From assembly GCA_965197905.1 (NCBI GenBank), contig CBDAOB010000005.1:288001-352000 (forward strand): DNA of 64,000 nucleotides, read 5' to 3'. The translations under genes were made by a program, and so were the position numbers. Under the pieces are notes generated by a model. The model was not told the origin of the DNA and did not search any database. It worked only from the letters and a program-made list of their open reading frames with translations. Of the stretch, positions 31,331 through 40,726 are shown piece by piece (within the stretch, counting starts at the first letter, position 1; each line of letters opens with the position of its first letter). This DNA is from Candidatus Latescibacterota bacterium. GTDB taxonomy: Bacteria > Latescibacterota > UBA2968 > UBA8231.

Positions 31331-32352
31331 GCCGACACCTCCGTTAGTCGAACGGCGCGCTCGGTCGTGCTACTCTGCTCCACCGCTAAAAGGACGCGAA
31401 CGATTTGCTCCGCTGTCTCGAGCGTGACCGGCCACGGCTCTCGCTTCTCGATACACTTCAAGAATTGTCCTACCTCGTCATGGTAGCACGACTCGTAGTT
31501 GTAGCCCTCGGGCTCGTCGATGCGGGTCCAGGTCTTCTCTGCCGCCTCGTACTGTTGCAGACACTTGTCCAACGTTGACCACTTGACCGTTGATTTGTCC
31601 GTCGCTAATCGAATCGACCGTTCGTGGGTGCGATCGACGAGGTCGAGGTGGATCGACAACGCCGGCCCGTTGCGAAACTCGATGATGATGGCCTGCTGGT
31701 CGGGCGTGCCGTCCGCCAATTCCAGCGAACTGGTCTTGGCTTCCCGGCAGGTGACGGCGCCGACGGCATGATCGATCACCCAGAAGATCCACACTAGCTC
31801 CTGCGCGAGGATATCGAGGTTGCCGCCGCCCATCGACTTGCTGGACGCGTAAAACGTGCGGTAATCCTCGTAGGGATGCCAATCCGGCAAATACATGCCG
31901 CACGCGTAGCTCGCGGCAAGGACTGGACCACCGAGCGCTCCGGTTGACTACTCCTTCAGGGCTCGACCAAGCGGATGATACAGTACCTGACAGCCCGGCG
32001 CGCCCACCAGTTCCTGGCGACGCGTCAACGCCTTCAGTTCGTCGATCCCGCTGAGATTGACCGAGAGAGGGACCTCGCAGAACCAGTGTTTTCCCGCCCG
32101 CGCGGGGGCCAGACAATATTGCATGTGAAGAAAGCCCGGCACGCAGACAAACACCGCTCGAATCGAGGCCTGCCTGAGCACACCATCGTAATCGGCGGTC
32201 ACGTTGACGCCGTATTTTTCCTCCGACTCCTGCAACCGATCCTCACGTGTATCGAACACGGTGATCTGATCCGGCAGGACGTCGTTAGCCAACAGACACC
32301 GCACGCGTCGTTTCCCCATCGACCCTTGGCCGACAACCAGGTAATTCGTCAT
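31327..32352 (-). pseudogene. Gfo/Idh/MocA oxidoreductase with in-frame TAG at 31948-31950
   Basis: VVGQGSMGKRR, GKHWFCEVP; the same frame continues STGALGGPVLAASYACGMYLPDWHPYEDYR. Confidence 0.8.
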
Positions 32353-32477
32353 CTTTGACCTGATCTCAGTTGTTTGTATCACGGGAGTATTCTCTAATCA
32401 ACCCACAGGATGTGGGTGTCCGCGGACACGCGAGCGCCTGGGCGGCATCAGTTTGATTCGATTTGTCAGCCGATTAT

Positions 32478-33305
32478 TTATCGTTGGATCGCACGAATAT
32501 TCACCGCCCGTTGTTCAAGTTGTTCCGCTTCCTCCGTCCGATTCGTGGATCGATACAGCGCAGCCATATTCTCAAGGCTCGTGGCTACATGGCGATGATC
32601 CGGTCCGAGGGTCTTCTCCCTTATCGCCAGCGCGCGTTCGTAGAGCGGCTCGGCCTGCGCGTACTGGCCTTGGGTCTTGTACAGGCCGGCGAGGTTGTTC
32701 AGGTCTTTTGCCACATAGCGATGATCCAGACCAAGAGCTTTCTCATCGATCGCCAGTGCGCGCTTGTAGAGCGGCTCGGCCTGCGCGTACAGGCCTTGGG
32801 TCTTGTACAGGCCGCCGAGGTAGCTTAGGTCTGTCGCCACATAGCGATGATCCAGACCAAGAGCTTTCTCATCGATCGCCAGTGCGCGCTTGTAGAGCGG
32901 CTCGGCCTGCGCGTACAGGCCTTGGATCTTGTACAGGCGCGCGAGGTTGTTCAGGTCTATCGCCACATCGGGATGATCCGGACCGAGGGCCTTCTCCCTG
33001 ATTGCAAGCGTGCGCTTGTAGAGCGGCTCGGCCTGCGCGTACTGGCCTTGGGTGTCGTACAGCAACCCGAGGTTGTCCAAGCTGGCAGCCACATCGGGAT
33101 GATCTGCGCCAGCTTTTTTCTCGGCAAGCCCCACAGACTTCTTCGCCAAAACCACGGCTTGGTCATACTCTCCCGTGCGGTAAAGGTCCATGACCTCTTG
33201 ATTCAGATTTTCCAATTCAGAGTCCGCGCATTGCACGAGCACGCAGGTCGCGGACAGTAACAGAAGCAACACAGCTTTATCAGTTCGTCTTATGGGTTTA
33301 GTCAT
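32478..33305 (-). CDS. Exported TPR protein (42-aa kinesin-light-chain-type repeats)
   Basis: GPDHPDVA..LNNLA.LY..QG.YAQAEPLYKRALAI repeats with 126-bp period. Confidence 0.92.
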   Translation of the reverse strand: MTKPIRRTDKAVLLLLLSATCVLVQCADSELENLNQEVMDLYRTGEYDQAVVLAKKSVGLAEKKAGADHPDVAASLDNLGLLYDTQGQYAQAEPLYKRTLAIREKALGPDHPDVAIDLNNLARLYKIQGLYAQAEPLYKRALAIDEKALGLDHRYVATDLSYLGGLYKTQGLYAQAEPLYKRALAIDEKALGLDHRYVAKDLNNLAGLYKTQGQYAQAEPLYERALAIREKTLGPDHRHVATSLENMAALYRSTNRTEEAEQLEQRAVNIRAIQR

Positions 33306-33504
33306 GAGTAATCGTCCCTCAATCTATTCGGAATCAGAGCGAACGCGCTTGCTGAGAAAATACAAACGGAATAACCGCAAGCGAGCACAAGTATAGTCGC
33401 AATTCCAAGTTTGGTGCTTAGGCAGTACGACAAACCGTTGGTCGATTGTGAAAGGGTTGGATTCATCCTATTGTTTGGAGCAGTCGCTTACAGGAGATCA
33501 ATCG

Positions 33505-34311
33505 ATGAAATTCAGCTTTATGACCAACGTACTGGAATGGCTCACGCTCGAAGAGACAATCGATCAACTCGCCGACATCGGGTATCAGGCTTGCGGACCC
33601 ATTTGTGGGCCGGGGGGGCATCTGGACCCCGAGGCTATGGGGGACAGCCAGCGACGGTCTCTGGTTAATTATGCCAACGACCGCAACATGGCGTTCAGCA
33701 TTCTCAATCCGTGGCACGTCGGCAATTTCGTCGCCGGAGTGGCCAGCGGTGACACCGAACGTTTTTACTCGTCGGCCATCGAACTGGCGGCGGACGTCGG
33801 TGCATCAGGCGTCCGTTTTCTGCCCGGTTCCTTCAAGGATGGAGAACGGCCCGGGTGGCAGGCAATGATCCAGGTTTTGAAACCACTCTGCTACCGGGCC
33901 GAGCAAGCAGGCGTCGATCTGCTCATGCACAACCACGAGAATCAGCTGATCGACACCGCCAACGGTTTCGCCCTGCTGCGTCACCACGTCGGTTCGGAGC
34001 GACTGAAGATAAACCTCGATTGTGCCAATCTGGCTATCCTCATGGACGACCCCTGTCGCGCCATCAGGGACTTTCGCGACCATATCCGCCACGTGCGCTT
34101 TAAAGGCATGAATGACTACTATCCGGTCGGTCATCAATGCGTCCCCGGAAGTGCTGGCGACATCGTAGACTGGGTTGCGATCATGGCTCTCCTGAAGGAG
34201 ATCGGTTTTTCGGGATACGTGGAGCTGGTGCCGTACGACTGGTTCCCACGGAATTTCCCGGAAACCGGTTTCAAATGGGCTTCGGAACTCGCTGAACGAG
34301 TGGGTGCGTAG
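33505..34311 (+). CDS. Sugar phosphate isomerase/epimerase (xylose isomerase-like TIM barrel)
   Basis: HNHE, NLDCAN, IRHVRFKG, GDIVDW...GFSGYVEL. Confidence 0.85.
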   Translation: MKFSFMTNVLEWLTLEETIDQLADIGYQACGPICGPGGHLDPEAMGDSQRRSLVNYANDRNMAFSILNPWHVGNFVAGVASGDTERFYSSAIELAADVGASGVRFLPGSFKDGERPGWQAMIQVLKPLCYRAEQAGVDLLMHNHENQLIDTANGFALLRHHVGSERLKINLDCANLAILMDDPCRAIRDFRDHIRHVRFKGMNDYYPVGHQCVPGSAGDIVDWVAIMALLKEIGFSGYVELVPYDWFPRNFPETGFKWASELAERVGA

Positions 34312-34560
34312 GACGGCACATTGAATCGATAAGAATTGCATACAGAGTCGGCCGTAGCTGCCGTGGCGGTTAGTGCTGCGGAACAGGCGATGGTTTTCGG
34401 TGAGGAGAATCTGTCACCGGCAAATAGTATCCTCCTGACGAAGACGCCCTATACTGAAAATCGAAGGCGGAACACTCATCGTAGATGACATGCTTGCCGG
34501 GACGCGAAACCCGCGTCCGATCAAGACGCGGGGCAAACCATATCGGCAGGCGGGAAACGG

Positions 34561-35394
34561 ATGGTCGAAATGGATGGGATCGAACGCGGGTTGCTGCTTG
34601 GAAAAATCGTGTGGGTTACCGCTTCCGCCCGGGGTCTGGGCAGGGCGATCGCCGAAAGGCTTGCGAGGTGTGGCGCATCGATGGTGGTTCACAGTAGGTC
34701 GGAGAAGACAGCGGCCGAATTCGGAGAGGCACCATCGACCCATCACGTTGCCGAAGAAATCGCATCGATCGGGAATCCGGTCACGACCGTATTCGCGGAC
34801 GTCTCCGACCCCGATCAGGTGAAGGCCGCCGTCGAGCAGATCGAAAGCGACCTTGGACCGATTGACGTGCTCGTCAACAATGCGGGAGGTGACATCGCGG
34901 CGGCAGGAGGAAAACCTGAACCCAACAACAGCTTTGCCGTGTCTTCGGAAGATGTGAAATCCGTGGTCGATCGCAATCTCATCACAACGCTCGATTGCTG
35001 CCGGGAAGTAATCCCTCGCATGATCAAGCACGGGAGCGGCCGGATCGTCAACATCGGATCTGTCGCGGGGTTCATCGGGAGATCGGACGGCGTCATCTAT
35101 GCCTCTGCCAAAGCCGCTCAGGCGAACTATACGAGATGCCTGGCCTCCGAACTGCGCGAACACAACATCACCGTGAACATGGTCGCGCCCGGCGGATCGC
35201 TCAGCGGCCGCTTCCTCGCCACTCGCCAGGGCGATCCAGAATTCCTGGACGCCATGGACAAACCGACGCTCCTGCGATACGCCACCCCCGACGAAATCGC
35301 CGCAGCCGTTCAGTTCTTCCTGTCACCGCTAGCGAACTTCGTCAGCGGACAGATCCTCCGTGTCGACGGTGCGGCGCAACTCTGCGCAGCATAA
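34561..35394 (+). CDS. SDR family oxidoreductase
   Basis: TASARGLG, VNNAG, YASAK, VNMVAPG. Confidence 0.93.
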   Translation: MVEMDGIERGLLLGKIVWVTASARGLGRAIAERLARCGASMVVHSRSEKTAAEFGEAPSTHHVAEEIASIGNPVTTVFADVSDPDQVKAAVEQIESDLGPIDVLVNNAGGDIAAAGGKPEPNNSFAVSSEDVKSVVDRNLITTLDCCREVIPRMIKHGSGRIVNIGSVAGFIGRSDGVIYASAKAAQANYTRCLASELREHNITVNMVAPGGSLSGRFLATRQGDPEFLDAMDKPTLLRYATPDEIAAAVQFFLSPLANFVSGQILRVDGAAQLCAA

Positions 35395-35408
35395 ATGACG
35401 GCGTGCTG

Positions 35409-37220
35409 CTACTCAGCCGGCGCACCATCGGGCCAGGTCGTTCCACAAGACACCCTCTGCAGCAACGTCGGGTTGGCGAAGATCATCGTTGTCGATCCGT
35501 TGTAGGAGATCAGCGTCGGATCGTGCCGTAGATCCTGACCGCTTGCCAGTGTCTGGTGATCGCGGTGAAAAAAAGCCTTGACGTTTGGCGTCATCGGATC
35601 GAGCAGTACCCACCGATCGAACATCCGGACCGTCGTCAATGCGTGTCCCCCTACGTTGAGTCTCCGGGCACGAAAGCGATCGCCGGTCGTGGCGCTGGTC
35701 ATGTGAGCAAGCAATCCTGCGTGCGAGCGCCCGAATTCACCGCACATCCCTCCGCCCAGCCTCAGATTGGACAGCGGATCGAGCAAAGCCGCAAAATGAG
35801 CCCGCCTCGAGGCATAGACATACACCGCCTGTTGCGCCATGAAAAAGGTCGAGCCGATGACACGATCGATATCGTTGTCGTACGGCGAGCACAGCCAGTC
35901 GGCCATCTGCTGCATGGCGCCATCCAGCATCAGATCGAAGGAGACCGACCCGTCCACCGCCTCGATGTAGAAATCGCTCGGCGCGCCCTGGCGCGTAGTC
36001 CGTCGACGCAGGAGCGGCTGGCGCGACACGATGTACCGAAGCCGTTTCTCGATAAAGTCAGGATCGTCCAGTGCCGGCGTCGCCATGCCCTTCTCCTGCC
36101 CGAACGGATACACTACCGCACAGGTTCCGAGGTTGTAGGTGACACGCATTAGCCGATCACCTTGGGCATGGTCGCGCACTTCCAGTTCGATGTACTCGGG
36201 CAAGAAGCGCACGGGCATGTGATATTCAAACATCGTCGAAACGCTTTTTTGCGCGGGGATTTCCACCGGGCCGGACTCGACGGAATAGTTGGTATGCGTG
36301 TTCCGCGGTTCTGCGCCGCAGACGCCCCGCGAAATCATCACCACCCTCAACGCTCGACCTGTATTGTTGCTGAGCCGTACCGGCGCATGGTTGATTCCCC
36401 AACTGCAATTGGGAAAGTCGATCGATTCCAGGTTGACCTGTGTGGGACCTAGCGACATGAAGCCCATTTTGATCGGCGAACCCAATATACCTGGGTACTG
36501 CGGCATCCACGTGAACTGATAGTCGAAGTTTTCGACGGGTCGCTCGGTGGCGGTCCGAATGACCTCCAAGCCCATGGTCAGGCCTGGGATCGGCGTCTCG
36601 ACATCGAGGCTGGCAAGCGGAATGGTAAGCTCGGCAGTCCATTCCGTGTCCCCGGCGCACGCCGCGCCGCGCAGACCCATTTCCCTCGCTTTGGCTGCGG
36701 TATCGGGATTCATCTCCATGAGGGTCCACCAGTAATGCTGAAACCCCACTTCGTCGGAAAAGCCTGCCATGTGGGAGAGGTCGTCATACCACTCGAGCTC
36801 ACCCCGGGCGTTGATCGAAATGGTTTGCATTTCGCTATGGTTGTGCCGCATGTCGATGGCCACCGCAACCTTCTCTGCGCTGAGGCGATCATGTTCAGCG
36901 GCGCTTCCTTTGTCGACAGAGACGGGCAGCGCCGGCAAAGTAGCGCGAACGCCGACATACAGGGCCGTGAGATCCCAGGCCACATACACCATTGTCGAGA
37001 CAAGTGGACTGTCGTGATGAAACGGCGCCTTAGGCTCGACCCCGTCCACGCCTCTCCAGATCGGATCGGTCAGTGTACCGTCTAGAGTTGGAGGCCGTTC
37101 CACGTGGGTAGCGGCGAGGTGCAGGATTCGGTTCGGCCAGCCTCGCTTGAGGTTTGGAATAATGTTGTGGGGTTCCCACGGTGGAAACTGAATCTGGGTG
37201 ATCCTGGGCAGAGCAGACAT
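35409..37220 (-). CDS. CBM9-like domain + transglutaminase-like domain protein
   Basis: PPTLDGTLTDPIW...VAWD..ALYV...WTAELTIP; GGMCGEF...GGHAL...WVLLDP. Confidence 0.7.
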   Translation of the reverse strand: MSALPRITQIQFPPWEPHNIIPNLKRGWPNRILHLAATHVERPPTLDGTLTDPIWRGVDGVEPKAPFHHDSPLVSTMVYVAWDLTALYVGVRATLPALPVSVDKGSAAEHDRLSAEKVAVAIDMRHNHSEMQTISINARGELEWYDDLSHMAGFSDEVGFQHYWWTLMEMNPDTAAKAREMGLRGAACAGDTEWTAELTIPLASLDVETPIPGLTMGLEVIRTATERPVENFDYQFTWMPQYPGILGSPIKMGFMSLGPTQVNLESIDFPNCSWGINHAPVRLSNNTGRALRVVMISRGVCGAEPRNTHTNYSVESGPVEIPAQKSVSTMFEYHMPVRFLPEYIELEVRDHAQGDRLMRVTYNLGTCAVVYPFGQEKGMATPALDDPDFIEKRLRYIVSRQPLLRRRTTRQGAPSDFYIEAVDGSVSFDLMLDGAMQQMADWLCSPYDNDIDRVIGSTFFMAQQAVYVYASRRAHFAALLDPLSNLRLGGGMCGEFGRSHAGLLAHMTSATTGDRFRARRLNVGGHALTTVRMFDRWVLLDPMTPNVKAFFHRDHQTLASGQDLRHDPTLISYNGSTTMIFANPTLLQRVSCGTTWPDGAPAE

Positions 37221-37334
37221 AGCATGCCTCCCTTTTTATCTAACGCCGTTCACCCCATTCCGCGGCATCGGAACGCGGATACGCCAAGGAAGCTAGAGGA
37301 CAGCGAAAGTCCATCAATGTTGGCCGAGCGTACT

Positions 37335-38315
37335 TCATTCGCTGTACACCGCCTCGATCAGTCCGCGCATGTAGCCGATGGCGTAGAGGCGCTCCATCGA
37401 GTATTCGTCCTCGAAGTCTCCGTAGGTCAATCGGGCAAAATGATCCGGCCGGGCAACACCCTCGTAGTTGGTGTCGCGATACGCCCGGACGCAGGCGGCC
37501 ATGTCGTGTTTGCCGTCGTCGTGGAACGCCTCTACGAATTTCTTTGGTGTGCCCTGAATGTCGCGGAAGTGGACGAAATGAATCTTTTTCTGCTCGCCAA
37601 AGTGGCGGATGACGGCGGGAAGGTCGTTGGTCATCAACCCGAAGTTGCCCTGACAGAGTCCAATGCCATTGGCAGGGCTGGGAACGAGATCAATCATCTT
37701 CTGGTAGTTGTCGACACTGCTGATGATGCGCGCGACGCCCTGGATCGGAGACAGGGGCGGGTCGTCGGGGTGCATGCCCAGCTTCACGCCGGCCTCTTCG
37801 GCAACGGGCACCACGCGCTCGAGGAAATACTTGAGATTCGCCCACTGGCCCTCCTCGGTGATTTCGCCGTGTTCGCCCGCCGGGTGTCTCTTGTTGAACT
37901 CCTCCAGGTCAAAGCCTGTCACCTCGGCGCCGCCGCGGGTGGGCAGATCGCTCGATGTGCGGATCACGAAGTGCACGGGCATCCATGCCGGACACCAGAC
38001 GGGAATCCCGGCGGCGCCCATGTTTCGAATAAATTCGCAGACGACGGCGATCTCATCGTCGCGGCCGCTCTGTCCCAGCTTGATCTTCTCCATCGGTCGA
38101 CGGCTTTCGATCACCGCGAGCCGATAGCCGTTGGCTTCATACTGCGCTATGCGATGGGCCAGTGACTGGCGGCTGAACGGTTGCTCCGGGTCGCCAATTT
38201 CCAGACCCGGCCTGGGGTCGAGACTGAAATGGCCTACGGCGTGCTTCACGCCGCACTGCGCGCCGAATGCCGCCACGGCACCGGATTCGGGTTCGAGACC
38301 CAATGCGATTTTCAT
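37335..38315 (-). CDS. uxuA: Mannonate dehydratase
   Basis: LKYFLERVVPVAEEAGVKLGMHPDDPP, IHFVHFRD, RPDH. Confidence 0.9.
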   Translation of the reverse strand: MKIALGLEPESGAVAAFGAQCGVKHAVGHFSLDPRPGLEIGDPEQPFSRQSLAHRIAQYEANGYRLAVIESRRPMEKIKLGQSGRDDEIAVVCEFIRNMGAAGIPVWCPAWMPVHFVIRTSSDLPTRGGAEVTGFDLEEFNKRHPAGEHGEITEEGQWANLKYFLERVVPVAEEAGVKLGMHPDDPPLSPIQGVARIISSVDNYQKMIDLVPSPANGIGLCQGNFGLMTNDLPAVIRHFGEQKKIHFVHFRDIQGTPKKFVEAFHDDGKHDMAACVRAYRDTNYEGVARPDHFARLTYGDFEDEYSMERLYAIGYMRGLIEAVYSE

Positions 38316-38441
38316 GATGTTATTCCTTTCTGGTGGAGGGCATCTGTACCGAAACACCGAGGATTCGGGCGAAATATACTGCCGCCGGCGCCGGCGGCAA
38401 AAAGTGTGGGTTGCCAAACCGCGTGGCATCAGCCACTTTGA

Positions 38442-39236
38442 ATGCTCATGAACTCGCAGAGAATCCTCATCATCGGTATGAGCGGTCTGATCGGCGGCAT
38501 CGCCCGTCGCCAGCTGGAGGGCACCTACGAGCTCCGGGCCCTCAATCGACGACCGCTGCCCGACGTTGACTGCCATTGCGCCGACATCGGCGATCTCGAT
38601 GCCATTCTTCCCGCCTTCGACGACGTTGACACCGTTCTCCACCTCGCCGCCTACGTCGACATGGATGCCACCTGGGAGGCGGTGCTGCACAACAACGTGA
38701 TCGGCACCTACAACGTCTTCGAGGCGAGCCGCCGGTCGGGTGTCCGGCGCGTCATTTTTGCCAGTGCCGGCGCCGCGATTTCGGGATGGGAGCGTGAAAT
38801 GCCGTGGGGCGCCCTTGTCGCAGCCCGTTACGATGAGGTGCCCCCGACATGGGACATGGTTACCAATGAGCTTCCCTGTCGTCCGACGGGCCTCTATGGT
38901 TGCAGCAAAGCCTGGGGGGAAGCCCTGGCTTGGCATTTCGTCGACTCCTCCGACCTGTCGATCATCAATCTGCGCATCTGCGCGGTACCGGCGGAAAACC
39001 GGCCCATGCGTCCGCGTGATTTCTCCATCTGGTGCAGTCACGAGGATCTAGGCCGCATCGTCCAGCTTTGCGTCGAGCTGCCGAGCAGTGTTCGCTACGA
39101 CACATTCTTCGCCCAATCGGATAACCAGTGGGCGTACCGCGACATCCAGCATGCCAGGGATGTGCTGGGATACGAGCCGCAGGACCGGGCCGAGGACCAC
39201 CGACCAGGGGGACAGGACGACAATTCGCATCCTTAA
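38442..39236 (+). CDS. NAD-dependent epimerase/dehydrogenase (uronate dehydrogenase-like)
   Basis: GMSGLIG, HLAA, YGCSK, LGYEPQD. Confidence 0.85.
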   Translation: MLMNSQRILIIGMSGLIGGIARRQLEGTYELRALNRRPLPDVDCHCADIGDLDAILPAFDDVDTVLHLAAYVDMDATWEAVLHNNVIGTYNVFEASRRSGVRRVIFASAGAAISGWEREMPWGALVAARYDEVPPTWDMVTNELPCRPTGLYGCSKAWGEALAWHFVDSSDLSIINLRICAVPAENRPMRPRDFSIWCSHEDLGRIVQLCVELPSSVRYDTFFAQSDNQWAYRDIQHARDVLGYEPQDRAEDHRPGGQDDNSHP

Positions 39237-39294
39237 GTGGAGAGCCCAAAGGTCGAGCATGCTAGGGGGATCCCGTCGGGACTCCCCTCGCGAA

Positions 39295-40629
39295 CTATTG
39301 AAAGAGAAGGAATCCTGATGCCTCTAGTCCGTCGTACTCGGCGAACGATTGACTGTACTCGACGGTGCGGAATAGGCGGATAAAGTTCACACCCGAGAGC
39401 TCGCCGGACCCCGGCGGCGGGTGGTATATCGGATCCCACCGAAGCTGGCATTCCGCAGACCAGAAATCGTCTCCCACATAAGTCGCCGTTGTCACTTCCG
39501 CGTCCCATTTGTAATCACCATCCCTGCCCTTGTTGTAGTCGGTCCACACGTCAACCGTCGCCCCCTGGCTGTTGACCCAGATTTGGGAGATCGTCTTCGT
39601 GTCCCGGTTGCGATCGAAGCGGAGGTAGATCCGATCTTGGCGAGGTTTAGCCCCCTCATCCTCATGTGGCAGCACTACCAGGCTTTCCGGATGGGCGTCG
39701 GCACAGTGCACGCCCCAATAGAGCGCCGTTGCGGAATATCCCATCAGCACGCGGGTTTCAACACGTGGTGGCAACGTCGTGCGCCCGTGCCGCGTGTGGA
39801 CATGGAACGAATCTATTAGTGCCGCGCCCTCCCAGGCTTCATCGTCCAAGCGGCCGTCGATGGTCGGAGGCGATTCGAGCCTGGGAACATCCACCAGCAG
39901 GCGATGGTCTCTCAAAATCTCGATTCCGCGATCGCGCTCGACGTAGTCCAGATAAAACGTTCCCTGGTAGTATCTGGCCTGTTTGCTGTTAGGTGCATAT
40001 GCCACCAAGTCTGCAAAAAGGGAGTCGGCTTTCGAAAGGTTCGCTTGGAGCGCCGCTTCCCGCGCCTTCTTTGCCGATCGCGCCACGTACTCTTCCACCA
40101 GGTATAGGGCGGCCGCGCGAACCTCCTCGTCTTCTGAAAGTGCCCTTTCACCTGCGAGCCGCCGCAACGTTTGGGTCTGCTCGTCGCTCAGCTTGTCCAT
40201 AGCGTCACCGAACGGGAGCAGCGCCGGGGCCTGCACCAGTGGAGAAGGATCGGAAATGGCCTGGAGAAGGAGGTCAAATAGCTCGGATCGCAGGTGAAGT
40301 CCTAGCTCCTCTGCGATGCGTCCACGCACCAAGGGCTCGGGATCGTTCAGTAGATGTTTCTCGAGCACGGCGGCGATCCGCTCGTCGGCGGTTCTCACCG
40401 TAAAACTCACCAGAATGTCCGCCACTTCAGCACGGATTTTCGTTTCTCGATCCGATGCCAGCGCCTGAATAAGCGGCTCAACGGCTCTATTTGAGGCCAG
40501 AACCAGCTCGTGTTTTGCTGCGGCTTGCTCATCGGGCGAGCCGCCGAGCTTGTCAATACTGTCTTCTATCGATGACCCGCAAGCGACAAGGTAGATGGCC
40601 GTTGCTGTGATCGAAACTCTACTCGGCAT
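39295..40629 (-). CDS. HEAT-repeat + CBM9-like lipoprotein, copy 3
   Basis: MPSRVSITATAIYLVAC; very similar to 15978..17513. Confidence 0.85.
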   Translation of the reverse strand: MPSRVSITATAIYLVACGSSIEDSIDKLGGSPDEQAAAKHELVLASNRAVEPLIQALASDRETKIRAEVADILVSFTVRTADERIAAVLEKHLLNDPEPLVRGRIAEELGLHLRSELFDLLLQAISDPSPLVQAPALLPFGDAMDKLSDEQTQTLRRLAGERALSEDEEVRAAALYLVEEYVARSAKKAREAALQANLSKADSLFADLVAYAPNSKQARYYQGTFYLDYVERDRGIEILRDHRLLVDVPRLESPPTIDGRLDDEAWEGAALIDSFHVHTRHGRTTLPPRVETRVLMGYSATALYWGVHCADAHPESLVVLPHEDEGAKPRQDRIYLRFDRNRDTKTISQIWVNSQGATVDVWTDYNKGRDGDYKWDAEVTTATYVGDDFWSAECQLRWDPIYHPPPGSGELSGVNFIRLFRTVEYSQSFAEYDGLEASGFLLFQ

Positions 40630-40726
40630 GATCGGCCTGCTATCTGGGGAGCGATTCTGGTGGGCTGCTCGCGGCGGCCCGAAGCCCGGGTCGGGAAGCG
40701 TCGCACGACGAAGCTTATGGCGGCCC

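Noticed and set aside
32600..33110. CRISPR array
   Set aside because: These are coding 126-bp TPR units with no spacers or cas genes; no CRISPR array was seen in the window.
37335..39041. 568-aa extended uxuA
   Set aside because: The extension is antisense to the epimerase gene; the likely start is 38315.
13293..40629. Diversity-generating retroelement (paralog repeats, FGE/CLec-fold gene)
   Set aside because: No reverse transcriptase; differences between copies are not adenine-specific; no template repeat seen for 30623..31330.
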